From a virus (lineage: Duplodnaviria > Caudoviricetes), in the IMG/VR virus record IMGVR_UViG_3300033121_001133, positions 32,001-96,000 of that record: a stretch of DNA of 64,000 nt; one strand, given 5' to 3'. Below, one piece after another: positions 17,888 to 28,177 of the stretch (the stretch's first letter is position 1; the number at the start of each line of letters is the position of its first letter). A model generated the notes under the pieces. It saw only the letters and a program-made list of their open reading frames with translations, made no database searches and was not told the origin of the DNA. Both the position numbers and the translations under genes were made by a program.

Positions 17888-19723
17888 ATGGCGGATTCTT
17901 CCCTTTTTAGTAGGCTGAAGCGACTCTTCAGTACGGATGTGATTATCCGCAACGTGGGCGGTAATCAGCTTAAGGTTATAGACACTGCTCGAATCCAGTC
18001 TGACGGTAACATCAACACCAACAGACGAGTCGATCGGTTTTCCAGAATGTTCTCAACCAACTCTTCTGGATTCTCCCACTACGCAGGACAGCTTCAGCTA
18101 TACACTCGACTAGAGCTATTCCGAGACTATGAGGCAATGGACTCTGACAGCATTATAGCCTCAGCACTGGACATATATGCCGATGAGTGTACCGTTCAAA
18201 ATGAATTTGGGGATGTGATTGCAATCTCCTCTACTAACGAGAAGGTACACAAGCTGCTACATAATCTATTCTACGATGTGTTAAACATCGAGTTTAATCT
18301 ATGGCCATGGGTGCGCAACACTCTAAAGTACGGGGATTTTTTCCTCAAGTTGAATGTAGCTGAGAAGTTCGGGGTGATCGGGGTAGATCCCATTTCAGCC
18401 TATGAGATGATCCGAGAGGAGAATTACGATCCAGAAAATCCCCAGAAGGTTAGATTCCGTCGAGATCCAACAGCCTTATCTTCCAAATACTCTGCTCAGT
18501 CTGGCGCCCGCGAAGAGGAGGTGTATGACAACTATGAGATTGCACACTTCCGCCTTCTAACCGATACCAACTTTTTACCCTACGGTCGTTCGTTGGTAGA
18601 ACCGGCTCGTAAGGTGTGGAAGCAGTTGACTCTGATGGAGGATGCAATGTTGATTCATAGAATCATGCGTGCTCCAGATAAGAGGATGTTCAAGATTGAC
18701 ATCGGTAACATTCCTCCTAATGAGATTGATGCTTTCATGGAAGCGACAATCACTAAAATGAAGAAGGTACCTTACGTTGATCCCCAGACTGGAGACTACA
18801 ACCTAAAGTACAACATGCAGAACATCCTGGAAGACTTCTACTTCCCGGTCCGCGGTAGTGAAAGTGCAACCACCGTAGAAAACATCTCTGGACTACAATC
18901 AGACGCAATCCAGGATATAGAGTATCTGCGTAATAGGATGCTGGCATCGCTCAAGATTCCAAAAGCCTACATTGGATATGAGGAAGATACCAGCGGTAAG
19001 AGCACTCTAGCCTCCCAGGATTTCCGCTTCGCCCGCACTATTGAGAGAATTCAACGAATCATAGTGTCTGAGCTTCACAAGATTGCAATCGTGCACTTAT
19101 ATGCACAGGGATGCTCAGATGAGGAGTTGGTTGATTTCTCCCTACAGCTAACGGCCCCCTCTACTGTGTATGAAAAGGAGAAGATAGAGTTGTGGCAGAG
19201 CAAGGCAACCTTGGCTGGAGATCTTCTAGAGAAGAAGCTGTGCAGTAGGTACTGGGTGTACAAGGAGGTGTTCAATATGCATGAGGAAGAGTACCTCGAG
19301 GAGCAGAATAGGATCATCATTGATGCCAAGGAGCAGTTCAGAATTGAGCAAATCAAAACAGAGGGCAATGATCCTGTTAAGACAGGACAGTCGTTTGGTA
19401 CACCTCACGATTTAGCTACCCTATACAAGGGAGGAGGAGGGTTGCCAAGAGGATATGATGAGCGAACAGCTGAGATGCCTGAGGGGGGGTGGCCCGGTGC
19501 AGGGCGACCCGAGGAGCCAGGGACTTATGGGACCCACAAACACCCACTAGGATGGGATCCTCTCGGAAATAAGGGTAACAGGAAGGTCTATGAGCAAGCT
19601 ACGGCTGCGAAGTATGGTGGCCTGATTCGAGAGATTAAGAAGAAGGCGGTTACTGAGACGTTTGATTTACGCCCAGAGGAGCCTGAGCCTCCTATGCTCG
19701 ACGAGAACAATCTTTTACCTTAA
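17888..19723 (+). CDS. gp20: Portal protein (T4 gp20-like)
   Basis: MEDAMLIHRIMRAP, FKIDIGNIP, EDFYFPVRG. Follows terL. Confidence 0.93.
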   Translation: MADSSLFSRLKRLFSTDVIIRNVGGNQLKVIDTARIQSDGNINTNRRVDRFSRMFSTNSSGFSHYAGQLQLYTRLELFRDYEAMDSDSIIASALDIYADECTVQNEFGDVIAISSTNEKVHKLLHNLFYDVLNIEFNLWPWVRNTLKYGDFFLKLNVAEKFGVIGVDPISAYEMIREENYDPENPQKVRFRRDPTALSSKYSAQSGAREEEVYDNYEIAHFRLLTDTNFLPYGRSLVEPARKVWKQLTLMEDAMLIHRIMRAPDKRMFKIDIGNIPPNEIDAFMEATITKMKKVPYVDPQTGDYNLKYNMQNILEDFYFPVRGSESATTVENISGLQSDAIQDIEYLRNRMLASLKIPKAYIGYEEDTSGKSTLASQDFRFARTIERIQRIIVSELHKIAIVHLYAQGCSDEELVDFSLQLTAPSTVYEKEKIELWQSKATLAGDLLEKKLCSRYWVYKEVFNMHEEEYLEEQNRIIIDAKEQFRIEQIKTEGNDPVKTGQSFGTPHDLATLYKGGGGLPRGYDERTAEMPEGGWPGAGRPEEPGTYGTHKHPLGWDPLGNKGNRKVYEQATAAKYGGLIREIKKKAVTETFDLRPEEPEPPMLDENNLLP

Positions 19724-19754
19724 GGTTGAGTACAGATCCTATACTTATTGATAG

Positions 19755-20609
19755 ATGAAAAGATCAACACATTCCAAGTTCAGAAATACGGCGATCTTAT
19801 TCGAGTTGCTAACTCGTCAGGTTGCCTCTGATACCATCTGCGGTGTTGAAGCATCTCCCGCATTGGGGATAATTAGGCAGTTCTTTAGTAAGGATAGTGA
19901 GCTATCCAAGGAGCTAACCCTATACAATACTCTACTCAGAGAGAGGTTAACTCAAACCAATCGTGCCGATTACTTAATTAACGCAGTATTGAAGCTGCGC
20001 ACTAAGCTAAATAACAACAAGCTGCGTGAGCAGAAATATGGGTTGATTAGGGAGATCAAGAAGCATTACGATCTTAACAAGTTCTTCAGAACTCCACTAA
20101 GTGAGTATAGACTATGTGCTTCGATCTACAGGTTGTTTGAAGGAGCTACTATTTCCCATGTAGCGGAGGTGGTTAATAGTAGATTCACCATTTTAGAGCA
20201 TCTCACTCGCAGGAGTGGAGTTGTTGCAGAAAGTGGTGTTTCGGTTGAGGGATATCTCAATCAGGATGAGGACGTTCGGCTGCTAGCTTACAAGCTGATG
20301 TTGGATAAATTCAACAGCAAGTATGACGGGCTTTCCGCTAAGCAGAAGAGCATTCTCCGCGAGTACATCAACAACGTGTCGAATACGCCTAAGCTGCGAG
20401 ATTTTGTTGTGGCAGAGTCTGCTCTGATTAAGAAGCAGATCGAGGGGCTTCTCCCTAAGATCGACGACACCGTAACTTCAATCAAGTTGAGAGAGGTTGT
20501 TAAGTTGCTAGATCGCTATACTAAGATTCGTGTAGTTAAGGAGGACCACGTACTATCGCTACTTCTGTATCACGAACTGATAAAGGAGCTGAAGAATGTT
20601 AAGTCCTAA
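19755..20609 (+). CDS. Head-module hypothetical protein
   Basis: 284 aa helical protein between portal and protease. TACTTAT at 19742. Confidence 0.65.
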   Translation: MKRSTHSKFRNTAILFELLTRQVASDTICGVEASPALGIIRQFFSKDSELSKELTLYNTLLRERLTQTNRADYLINAVLKLRTKLNNNKLREQKYGLIREIKKHYDLNKFFRTPLSEYRLCASIYRLFEGATISHVAEVVNSRFTILEHLTRRSGVVAESGVSVEGYLNQDEDVRLLAYKLMLDKFNSKYDGLSAKQKSILREYINNVSNTPKLRDFVVAESALIKKQIEGLLPKIDDTVTSIKLREVVKLLDRYTKIRVVKEDHVLSLLLYHELIKELKNVKS

Positions 20610-21318
20610 GGAGATACTCGAAGTTAAGAGTTTCATCAAGAAGCTTCGCAAAGAGGGCTCTACAACTGCTGGGGTCGGTGGCTTTGCTACACCCAACGCT
20701 TTTGTAGGTAGCTCTTCTGCATCCGGTAGTGCAAAGGCAACGGGAGCAGACAAGACCTATACCATCAAGCCCTCAAAGAAGAAGAGGCACTTTGTCAAAC
20801 TGTCTGAGGCAAGCTACAAGGAGTTCAAGCAAGATGACAGCCTAAGCGAGGTGCAGAAGATCAATCAAAGAATTCTGGCCGCTAATCGGATGCTGAGGGA
20901 GGTATCACGAGCTCTGGATCACAGCTTGAAGCTCAAACAAGAGTCTGCCGTTGACAACTCAGCCTACTGGAAGAGGACTAATGAGTCCATTTTGAAGATG
21001 GTTAAGAGGGTGAGTGAGGTTCGTGGAAAGGTTGCTTCGCTAGCTAACATCAAAGAGTTGGCTGCAGGATCGGTGAAAGATAAACTGGCAAAGCTGCTCA
21101 CCAAAGCGGGACTGCAGGTTGTATCAGCTAATATAAGTCACAACCGATTGGGTAATGAATTGTACGAGTTCGATATCTACATCAATGGTGAACCGATTGC
21201 CATTGATTACAATAATGGGGACCTGATTTACCAAGATGTTGATAAGGAGGTGTATCTAGGCAACATAAACCAGAACGAGCAGGCTCTAATCGCTAACATA
21301 AACAAGGTACTAAAGTAA
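20596..21318 (+). CDS. Hypothetical prohead core-like protein
   Basis: Lies in the head operon and has several L/I-x-E sites. Confidence 0.6.
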   Translation: MLSPKEILEVKSFIKKLRKEGSTTAGVGGFATPNAFVGSSSASGSAKATGADKTYTIKPSKKKRHFVKLSEASYKEFKQDDSLSEVQKINQRILAANRMLREVSRALDHSLKLKQESAVDNSAYWKRTNESILKMVKRVSEVRGKVASLANIKELAAGSVKDKLAKLLTKAGLQVVSANISHNRLGNELYEFDIYINGEPIAIDYNNGDLIYQDVDKEVYLGNINQNEQALIANINKVLK

Positions 21319-21914
21319 TGCAACTACTAGTTGACTACATAGGATCATTAGAGGTTACTCCAGCTCAGATTAACGAGTCTATCAATCGAAATGATGGAAA
21401 GTTGATTGTTTCTGGTATTGCTCAACGCTCTGATTCCTTCAATCAAAACAACCGAAGGTACCCATTCGAGGTCCTGAAGAGGACATCAGACAAATACAAG
21501 CGGACTTTCATTGCTGAGCGTAGAGCAATGGGCGAGTTGGATCACCCAGATTCTGAGGTGGTTAACTTGGCTAATGTATCCCACAACATGCTTGATCTGT
21601 GGTGGGAGGGTAATAACTTAATGTGCAAGTTGGAGATTCTCCCAACTCCATCAGGTAACATCGCAAAGGAGCTGCTAAAAGCTGGCATCCGAGTAGGGCT
21701 AAGCTCTAGGGGAATGGGATCTGTTCGCAATTTGGGAGAGGGTAAGGTTGAGGTCGAAGATGACTTTGACATCGTATGTTGGGACCTTGTCAGCAATCCT
21801 TCCACCCAAGGAGCATTTATGAATCCAACTCTAAACGAGTCTGTTAAGGCCAACAAGGTGCAAAAATATCACACCATCAACAACTTGATTGGTGACATCA
21901 TCTCAATTATGTAA
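21318..21914 (+). CDS. gp21: Prohead protease (T4 gp21-like)
   Basis: GELDHP, GLSSRGMGS and WDLVSNPS motifs. Confidence 0.93.
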   Translation: MQLLVDYIGSLEVTPAQINESINRNDGKLIVSGIAQRSDSFNQNNRRYPFEVLKRTSDKYKRTFIAERRAMGELDHPDSEVVNLANVSHNMLDLWWEGNNLMCKLEILPTPSGNIAKELLKAGIRVGLSSRGMGSVRNLGEGKVEVEDDFDIVCWDLVSNPSTQGAFMNPTLNESVKANKVQKYHTINNLIGDIISIM

Positions 21915-21918
21915 CACC

Positions 21919-22350
21919 ATGAAGCTGAAGAAAATTGTCGAGAGCCTCGATCAAAAGGTCGAATTGAATGAAAAGGCTGCGTTCCTTAAGGAGGTTAGTC
22001 GATTCAACGAGTATGGTCGTTCAATTTACAGGACCGAGGGCCTGAGGCAGGTTGCCGAGGCAATCAACAACCTAATTGAGAAGGCTGAGAGGATCACTTT
22101 ACAGGAGACTGATGAGTGGTTTGATGAGGTTACGGTAAAGCGTAACATGAAAGCTCTACGCTCCAACAACGAGCAATTTCAACGCACTCTCAAAGAGGTG
22201 TCAAAGCTTCAACAGAGATTAGAGTCCTTGTATGAGGAGATTGGCAACGGTCTATCCAGGTACTTTGAGATCCAAGATCCAACGGCTGATAACCCATCCT
22301 CTACGGAGCTAGGGGTGACAGGTATCAAAACCCCCTCTAAAAGACTGTAG
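21919..22350 (+). CDS. Hypothetical prohead core-like coiled-coil protein
   Basis: MKLKKIVES leader, in the head operon. Confidence 0.6.
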   Translation: MKLKKIVESLDQKVELNEKAAFLKEVSRFNEYGRSIYRTEGLRQVAEAINNLIEKAERITLQETDEWFDEVTVKRNMKALRSNNEQFQRTLKEVSKLQQRLESLYEEIGNGLSRYFEIQDPTADNPSSTELGVTGIKTPSKRL

Positions 22351-22353
22351 TCA

Positions 22354-22941
22354 ATGAAACTTAGTCGGGAGATCCCAAATCGTATTAGAGAGTCGTCTAC
22401 TAATTCTGCTCTCAAGCTGGCTCGTAGTTTTCACGACTTGTATGAGTCTCTTGCTCCCTCCTTTGGTTATCAGACTAAGAAGGAGACCAGGCAGTTTGAT
22501 CCTAATACTCCGAACGGTAAGTTGATGGTAGCCGTATGCTCTGAGATCTTAAGGAAATACCCCTCTCTTCAATTGGAGGCTGCCAAAGACGAAGATCCAC
22601 CCCCAGCCGAGGATGCCCCAGCAGATGAAGAGGGTCAAGATCAGTCAGCCACTCCGGATCCAAAAGACTTGACAATCAACTTTAATGGAACTAGAGTTCG
22701 CCAGTACAACAAAGTGTTGTTCAAAAGCAATACTGGACTAGTCAAGAGAGTAACTAAGGATGGACTAGTTGTAACGGTTCAACCGGATCAAGTTGATGTG
22801 TTTGTCAACTTCGCAGATATTGTTGAGCAGAAGATCAGCAGAGGTGCGATTAAAGAGGCTTCAAGTGAGGGTGTAGTCAAAACTGGCCTACTCGAAGATA
22901 TCACCGACTTAGGAAAAAAATTCTTTCGAGACAAGCCCTAA
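22354..22941 (+). CDS. Hypothetical protein, probable internal head protein
   Basis: IRES, QLEA and IKEA sites with an acidic linker. Confidence 0.55.
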   Translation: MKLSREIPNRIRESSTNSALKLARSFHDLYESLAPSFGYQTKKETRQFDPNTPNGKLMVAVCSEILRKYPSLQLEAAKDEDPPPAEDAPADEEGQDQSATPDPKDLTINFNGTRVRQYNKVLFKSNTGLVKRVTKDGLVVTVQPDQVDVFVNFADIVEQKISRGAIKEASSEGVVKTGLLEDITDLGKKFFRDKP

Positions 22942-22966
22942 TCGGCGGTTTTGAACTGGCCCGTGA

Positions 22967-23059
22967 TACTTATGGCAGAATACGCCGTTGGTATTACGGT
23001 GTCCCCAACATTTCAGGGTTGCAACTCTAATAGTTGCAGAGTCAAATCCAACAATTAGG
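22967..23059 (+). promoter_or_regulatory. Late promoter and structured 5' leader of the scaffold-capsid operon
   Basis: TACTTAT at 22967, followed by hairpins ACGCCGT/ACGGTGT and TGCAACT/AGTTGCA. Confidence 0.5.
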
Positions 23060-24115
23060 ATGAATAAGCTATTGAAAGATGCAATCGCCGATGCGAAAGC
23101 TGTGCGCGCTGCTGCATTGGCCCAAGCTAAAGCCACTCTAGAAGAGGCCTTTACGCCCAAGCTTCAGTCCATGCTATCTCATAAGATCAAGGAAGAGCTT
23201 GACGATGAGATGCCTGAAACTGAACTTGAGCCTGAGATGCCTCCTACAGATGAGGCTGAACTAGCAGAAAAAGCCAGGATGAAGCGCCACGCCGGTATTA
23301 TGGGCGAGGAAGAAGATGGTGAAGATGTAACTGATGAGGTTCCAGCAGAAGAGCCTCCAGTAGAAGCGCCAGCTGAAGATGAGGTACCACCGGTAGATGA
23401 CATGGAAGCTCCTCCAGTGTCAGACGAAGAGCCGATGGAAGAACCAATGGAAGAGCCAATGGACGGTGGCGATGAAGGCGAGGAAGTGTCCGATGAGGAA
23501 CTAGCCGAGTTGCTGCGTGAATTGGAAGGAGAAGAGGAGGGAGAAGAGGTGCCCGAGTCTGAGGATCCGGAGATGCCGATGATGGAAAACAGCGAGGAAG
23601 GTGAAGAAGATGAGACCTCTGAAAAGGAGGATTCATTGGAAGAAGAAATCAACCTCGAGGAGATTATCAAGGCGTTGAAGGAAAACGACGATGAGGATGA
23701 GGACGATGAGAAGGATGGTAAGATGGACGAAGCAGCTAAGGCTAAGGCTGAGTTGCATGAGGCCTACACCACCATTAACTTCTTGCGTGCTAAGCTGAAT
23801 GAGGTTAATTTGCTGAATGCAAAGCTGCTATTTGTTAGCAAGCTGTTCAAGAAGAATAACCTTACTGAAGCTCAAAAGGTGAGGGTGATCGAAACCTTCG
23901 ATCGTGCGAAGAGCGTACGCGAAGCTAAGTTGATCTACACTACCTTGGTAGAGTCGGTACGAACAGTGACTGCTGCACCAACACCGAAGCCTACTAAAAA
24001 GAAGATGACCGAGGGACTGGCTTCTGCTCCGCAGAAGAAGACTGTGATCGTTGAAGAGACAAGTGCACAGTTCAATCGTTTCAAGGATCTAGTCAATTTT
24101 AACCGTAACAACTAA
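23060..24115 (+). CDS. Prohead scaffolding/core protein
   Basis: Very acidic, helical at both ends, directly upstream of the major capsid gene. Confidence 0.8.
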   Translation: MNKLLKDAIADAKAVRAAALAQAKATLEEAFTPKLQSMLSHKIKEELDDEMPETELEPEMPPTDEAELAEKARMKRHAGIMGEEEDGEDVTDEVPAEEPPVEAPAEDEVPPVDDMEAPPVSDEEPMEEPMEEPMDGGDEGEEVSDEELAELLRELEGEEEGEEVPESEDPEMPMMENSEEGEEDETSEKEDSLEEEINLEEIIKALKENDDEDEDDEKDGKMDEAAKAKAELHEAYTTINFLRAKLNEVNLLNAKLLFVSKLFKKNNLTEAQKVRVIETFDRAKSVREAKLIYTTLVESVRTVTAAPTPKPTKKKMTEGLASAPQKKTVIVEETSAQFNRFKDLVNFNRNN

Positions 24116-24126
24116 ACCCAACGAAC

Positions 24127-25749
24127 ATGAATCTTTTTGAGAACATGGGTACAGTCAACAGGGCGGACGAGGTCAAGCCGTTGATTACCAAATGGTCGAA
24201 AACCGGCCTGTTGGATGGTCTGAAGACAGCGAACGAGCGTTCAACTGTCGCCATCCTCCTAGAAAACCAAGCTCGACAGCTTGTAAAGGAAGGCTCAGCC
24301 AACTCAGCTGGTGCCGGCACCACAGGTGGTGTTGGTTTCGAGCAGTGGACTGGTGTAGCTCTGCCTCTGATCCGTCGTATTTTCGCTGAAATCTCCTCAA
24401 AGGAGTTTATGAGCGTTCAGCCGATGAATCTGCCAGCAGGTCTGATCTTCTACCTAGACTTTAAGTATGGTAATGACAAGCGTCCTTTCGGCTTCTCGCC
24501 AACCGGCAAGAATCAGACAGGTACCTTGCAAGGTATCACTTCACAAAGTGGTGCACCATCTGACGGTCTGTATGGTGCTGGTCGCTTCGGCTACTCGATT
24601 CCTTACTTCACTTCAACTGTGGCAATTGTCACAGGATCTGTAACAGCTGCTGACGTTTATTTCGACGGTAACTACACAGCTTCTGTTTCAACCCTGAAGA
24701 AAGTGACTTACGCTCTGCCAACCAGCGCAGACGCCGCTGCAGTACGTGCATTCATCCCAGTGTCAGCTTCTACGACTCTGACCGCTGGAACTCACTACTA
24801 CCCAGCATTCACCACTTTCGCTAACGGTTCGGCTTCGTTCATCGTAACTGGCTCAGCTCTGACAGGTACCTTCGGTGGTGCTGTTGCTACAGCTGCTATC
24901 AGCTACTCGATCATGCCTACCAACGATGCTCGTGGTGACTTTGAAGTTGTGACACCTCGTACAACCGACGTGACCAACAACCTAGACACAGACCTGAACA
25001 TCCCAGAGATCGAACTGCAAATGCGCTCGATCCCAGTAACTGCTAAGACTCGTAAGTTGAAGGCAAGCTGGACACCTGAATTCGCTCAGGACTTGAATGC
25101 TTACCACAGCGTTGACGCTGAGGGTGAACTGACTTCGATGCTTTCTGAGTACGTGTCAATGGAAGTTGACCTGGAGAACATCGACATGCTGATCACCGCA
25201 GCTGCTTCGACTGAGTACTGGTCTGCAAGAACTAATCAGATCTGGAACGGATCAACCTTCGCAGCTGATCCTAACGTTTCTGGTAACGCGTACATCCAAG
25301 GTACATGGTTCAGCACTCTAGGTACTAAGCTGCAAAAGGTTAGCAACCAGATCCACGCCAAGACTTTGCGTGGTGGTGCAAACTTCCTAGTTTGTTCGCC
25401 TGACGTGTCAACTATCTTGGAATCAATCCCAGGATATGCTGCTGACACTGACGGTGACAAGGTGAAGTATGCAATGGGCGTACAGAAAGTGGGTTCTCTA
25501 ACCAGCCGTTACAAGGTGTGGAAGAACCCTTACATGCAGGAGAACACCATTCTGATGGGCTTCCGTGGCTCACAGTTCCTGGAAACTGGTGCTGTGTATG
25601 CTCCGTACGTTCCTCTGATGCTGACCCCGCTGGTATACGATCCTAAGAACTTCATCCCACGTAGGGGGGTAATGACTCGCTACGCTAAGGTGGTGACTCG
25701 TCCTGAGTTCTATGGAAAGGTGTACGTTGCTGATCTGAACGCTTACTAA
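24127..25749 (+). CDS. gp23: Major capsid protein (T4 gp23-like)
   Basis: LLENQ, VQPMNLPAGLIF, AKTRKLKASWTPEFAQDL, YAPYVPL, GVMTRY. Strong codon bias. Confidence 0.96.
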   Translation: MNLFENMGTVNRADEVKPLITKWSKTGLLDGLKTANERSTVAILLENQARQLVKEGSANSAGAGTTGGVGFEQWTGVALPLIRRIFAEISSKEFMSVQPMNLPAGLIFYLDFKYGNDKRPFGFSPTGKNQTGTLQGITSQSGAPSDGLYGAGRFGYSIPYFTSTVAIVTGSVTAADVYFDGNYTASVSTLKKVTYALPTSADAAAVRAFIPVSASTTLTAGTHYYPAFTTFANGSASFIVTGSALTGTFGGAVATAAISYSIMPTNDARGDFEVVTPRTTDVTNNLDTDLNIPEIELQMRSIPVTAKTRKLKASWTPEFAQDLNAYHSVDAEGELTSMLSEYVSMEVDLENIDMLITAAASTEYWSARTNQIWNGSTFAADPNVSGNAYIQGTWFSTLGTKLQKVSNQIHAKTLRGGANFLVCSPDVSTILESIPGYAADTDGDKVKYAMGVQKVGSLTSRYKVWKNPYMQENTILMGFRGSQFLETGAVYAPYVPLMLTPLVYDPKNFIPRRGVMTRYAKVVTRPEFYGKVYVADLNAY

Positions 25750-25773
25750 GCGTAGATCAACTAATATAGGAAC

Positions 25774-25804
25774 GGCCCCGCCACAAGCGGGGCTTTTCCT
25801 TTTT
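25774..25804 (+). terminator. Intrinsic terminator after major capsid gene
   Basis: GCCCCGC-cacaa-GCGGGGC followed by a T-rich tract. Confidence 0.88.
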
Positions 25805-25853
25805 AACCAACCTGGTATATTTGTGGGTATAACATACCTGCTAGTGGAATGAG

Positions 25854-26342
25854 ATGTCTGAGGGATCCGACAGATCTCAGGTTAGTCTGGGTTTAACTTA
25901 CTTGGGATCACTGGTTGCTGTAGTTACCTTCAATCCACAGCGACGATCTCTAGGCCATAAAAACAGCACTCCAGGCACTTGGGAGTTAGTTAGATACGCT
26001 ACCAGCAGGCAGGTAGTGGGTGGTGCTAGCAAGCTGATTAGCGCTTTTGTAAAGAAGTACCGGCCTAATCAGATAGTATCGTATGCCGATCGGAGATACA
26101 CAAATCCTAGTAGTAATTTATACAGAGCTTGTGGGTTTCAATTGATAGGGGAGACTCCACCCAGCTACTGGTACATGAGAAACTACAAGGAGAGGTTGCA
26201 TCGGTATGGATTTACTAAAGGGCGCTTGGTGTCTAAATTTGGAGCAAGTCCCAATCTAACCGAGTGGGAGAGCATGCAGTTATTAGGTTATGATAGAGTG
26301 TGGGATTGTGGCTGCTTTAAGTTCAGCAAGACCTATGTATAG
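25854..26342 (+). CDS. GNAT/Mom-like domain as found in Hef-like phage endonuclease genes, possibly N-truncated
   Basis: WELVRYAT...GGASKL...SYADRRY...LYRACGF...YDRVWDCG. Confidence 0.6.
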   Translation: MSEGSDRSQVSLGLTYLGSLVAVVTFNPQRRSLGHKNSTPGTWELVRYATSRQVVGGASKLISAFVKKYRPNQIVSYADRRYTNPSSNLYRACGFQLIGETPPSYWYMRNYKERLHRYGFTKGRLVSKFGASPNLTEWESMQLLGYDRVWDCGCFKFSKTYV

Positions 26343-26378
26343 AAGACAGGCCTATGTTAAATTAACTTAGTAGTTTCA

Positions 26379-28133
26379 ATGGAGCACAGTGGGAAGGTCA
26401 GTAACCTGGAGAAGAGGAAGCCAAAAGGGGATATTAGATTCAAGGTTGAGTTGAATGAGGAGCAAAAGGAGGCCAAACGAATTGTATATGACAATCCAGT
26501 AGTGTTATTAAAGGGTGCAGCCGGGTCAGGCAAGGCCCAGCCTCTGGACAGTCCGGTCTTAACTCCAACAGGGTATAGACCGATGGGTAGTCTGAGAGTA
26601 GGAGATGAGGTTTGTACGCCTGAGGGTGGTAGAGCAACCATTCTCGGCGTATTCCCCCAAGGGCAGAAGGATGTTTATAGAATAACCTTCAGCGACGGTT
26701 CGACCACTCTCTGCTGTAAAGAGCATCTGTGGAATGTACAGCATAGAAGGGATGAACATACTCCTAGTAGGCATAAGGGTTACAAAAACAGTAACCATGA
26801 TAGATGGATCACTAGGTCTGTTGAGCAGCTATTGGAGCAGCCCCTTCAAGATAGTCAAGGTCTGAATAAGTGGTTTATACCCATATCACATCCTGTGCAG
26901 TTTGATTGTCCGTGGATTGAAAATAAGATTGATCCCTATTTGTTGGGGTGCTTACTTGGAGATGGTCATCTAGGTAAGAATTCTGTGGTAATGACTAGCG
27001 CTGATCTTGAGGTGTTGGAGGGGGTAGAACGCGCTGCTGATAAGGTTGGAGTGCTTGTCAGGCATACCAACTACGGATATGACTATAGACTCGTTACAGA
27101 GAAGGGTCAGTCAAACCCTCTACTCACGCATATGCGGGAATTGGGATTAACAGGCACTCGCTCTCAAAACAAGTTCATCCCAAAAAACTACCTACTCCAG
27201 AGTGTTGAGGATAGGCTATCACTACTTCAAGGCCTACTTGATACAGACGGTGGATTGGAGAGCTCCTCTGTGTGTTTTAATACTACTTCCAAGCAGCTAG
27301 CTGAGGATGTTGAGTTTTTGGTACACTCACTTGGTGGAACTACCAATCGCAGACTGAGGGCGAGCAAACTATATGGAAAGGAGACAGGTACAACCTGCTA
27401 CACCATCACTGTCAAGCTTCCAGGTCAGTTTGCAAATCAATACTTTAGGTTGAGTCGCAAGCAGCGTGCAATTGGAGTGAATAAAAAACAGCCCTCGAGG
27501 TCAATTAAAAGCATCGAGCTGCTTGGTAAGCAAGACTGCCAATGCATCTACGTGGACAGCGACAGTCATCTATATCTAACAGATAGTATGATTGTCACTC
27601 ATAATACCCTTGCAGCCTGCCAAGTTGCCTTGGATATGTTCTTCAAGCGGCAGATTGAGAAGATTGTGATCACAAGGCCTACAGTTTCTCGGGAGGAAAT
27701 AGGCTTCTTGCCCGGGGACATGAAGGAGAAGATGGATCCATGGTTAGCACCAATCTATGCCAACCTATACATGCTCTACAGTAGAGATGGGATCGATAAG
27801 ATGGTAGCGGAGGGAGAGATTGAGATTGTTCCTTTTGCGTTTATGAGAGGTCGAACTTTCCCTAATACGTTCGTGTTGGTAGACGAGTGTCAAAACATCA
27901 CTCACAGTCAGACAGAGATGATGTTAGGGCGATTAGGTAAGGGAGGAAAGATGGTATTCTGTGGAGACCTAGCCCAGATAGACTTGAAGACCAAGAAGGA
28001 TTCCGGGATTGGATTCTTTGTTAGGTTGGAGGAGAGAGTGCCAGGTGTACGGATTGTCACATTGAAGACCAACCATAGGCACGAAGTAGTCGAATCAATC
28101 CTACAAGTATACGCAGAGTATCGAGATATCTAG
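26379..28133 (+). CDS. phoH: PhoH-like ATPase containing an intein
   Basis: GAAGSGK|intein|TL, then GFLPGDMKEK, FMRGRTF, DECQN and GDLAQID. Confidence 0.93.
   Translation: MEHSGKVSNLEKRKPKGDIRFKVELNEEQKEAKRIVYDNPVVLLKGAAGSGKAQPLDSPVLTPTGYRPMGSLRVGDEVCTPEGGRATILGVFPQGQKDVYRITFSDGSTTLCCKEHLWNVQHRRDEHTPSRHKGYKNSNHDRWITRSVEQLLEQPLQDSQGLNKWFIPISHPVQFDCPWIENKIDPYLLGCLLGDGHLGKNSVVMTSADLEVLEGVERAADKVGVLVRHTNYGYDYRLVTEKGQSNPLLTHMRELGLTGTRSQNKFIPKNYLLQSVEDRLSLLQGLLDTDGGLESSSVCFNTTSKQLAEDVEFLVHSLGGTTNRRLRASKLYGKETGTTCYTITVKLPGQFANQYFRLSRKQRAIGVNKKQPSRSIKSIELLGKQDCQCIYVDSDSHLYLTDSMIVTHNTLAACQVALDMFFKRQIEKIVITRPTVSREEIGFLPGDMKEKMDPWLAPIYANLYMLYSRDGIDKMVAEGEIEIVPFAFMRGRTFPNTFVLVDECQNITHSQTEMMLGRLGKGGKMVFCGDLAQIDLKTKKDSGIGFFVRLEERVPGVRIVTLKTNHRHEVVESILQVYAEYRDI
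26535..27605 (+). mobile_element. Class 3 (Ala1) intein with LAGLIDADG endonuclease, 357 aa
   Basis: Starts AQPLDS. Has EHLW, LLGCLLGDG, LLQGLLDTDG, CQCI and VTHN|T. Inserted in the P-loop. Confidence 0.9.
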
Positions 28134-28177
28134 TTCACATCACTATTTATTGGTAATGATGGCCAATACAATAGTCG

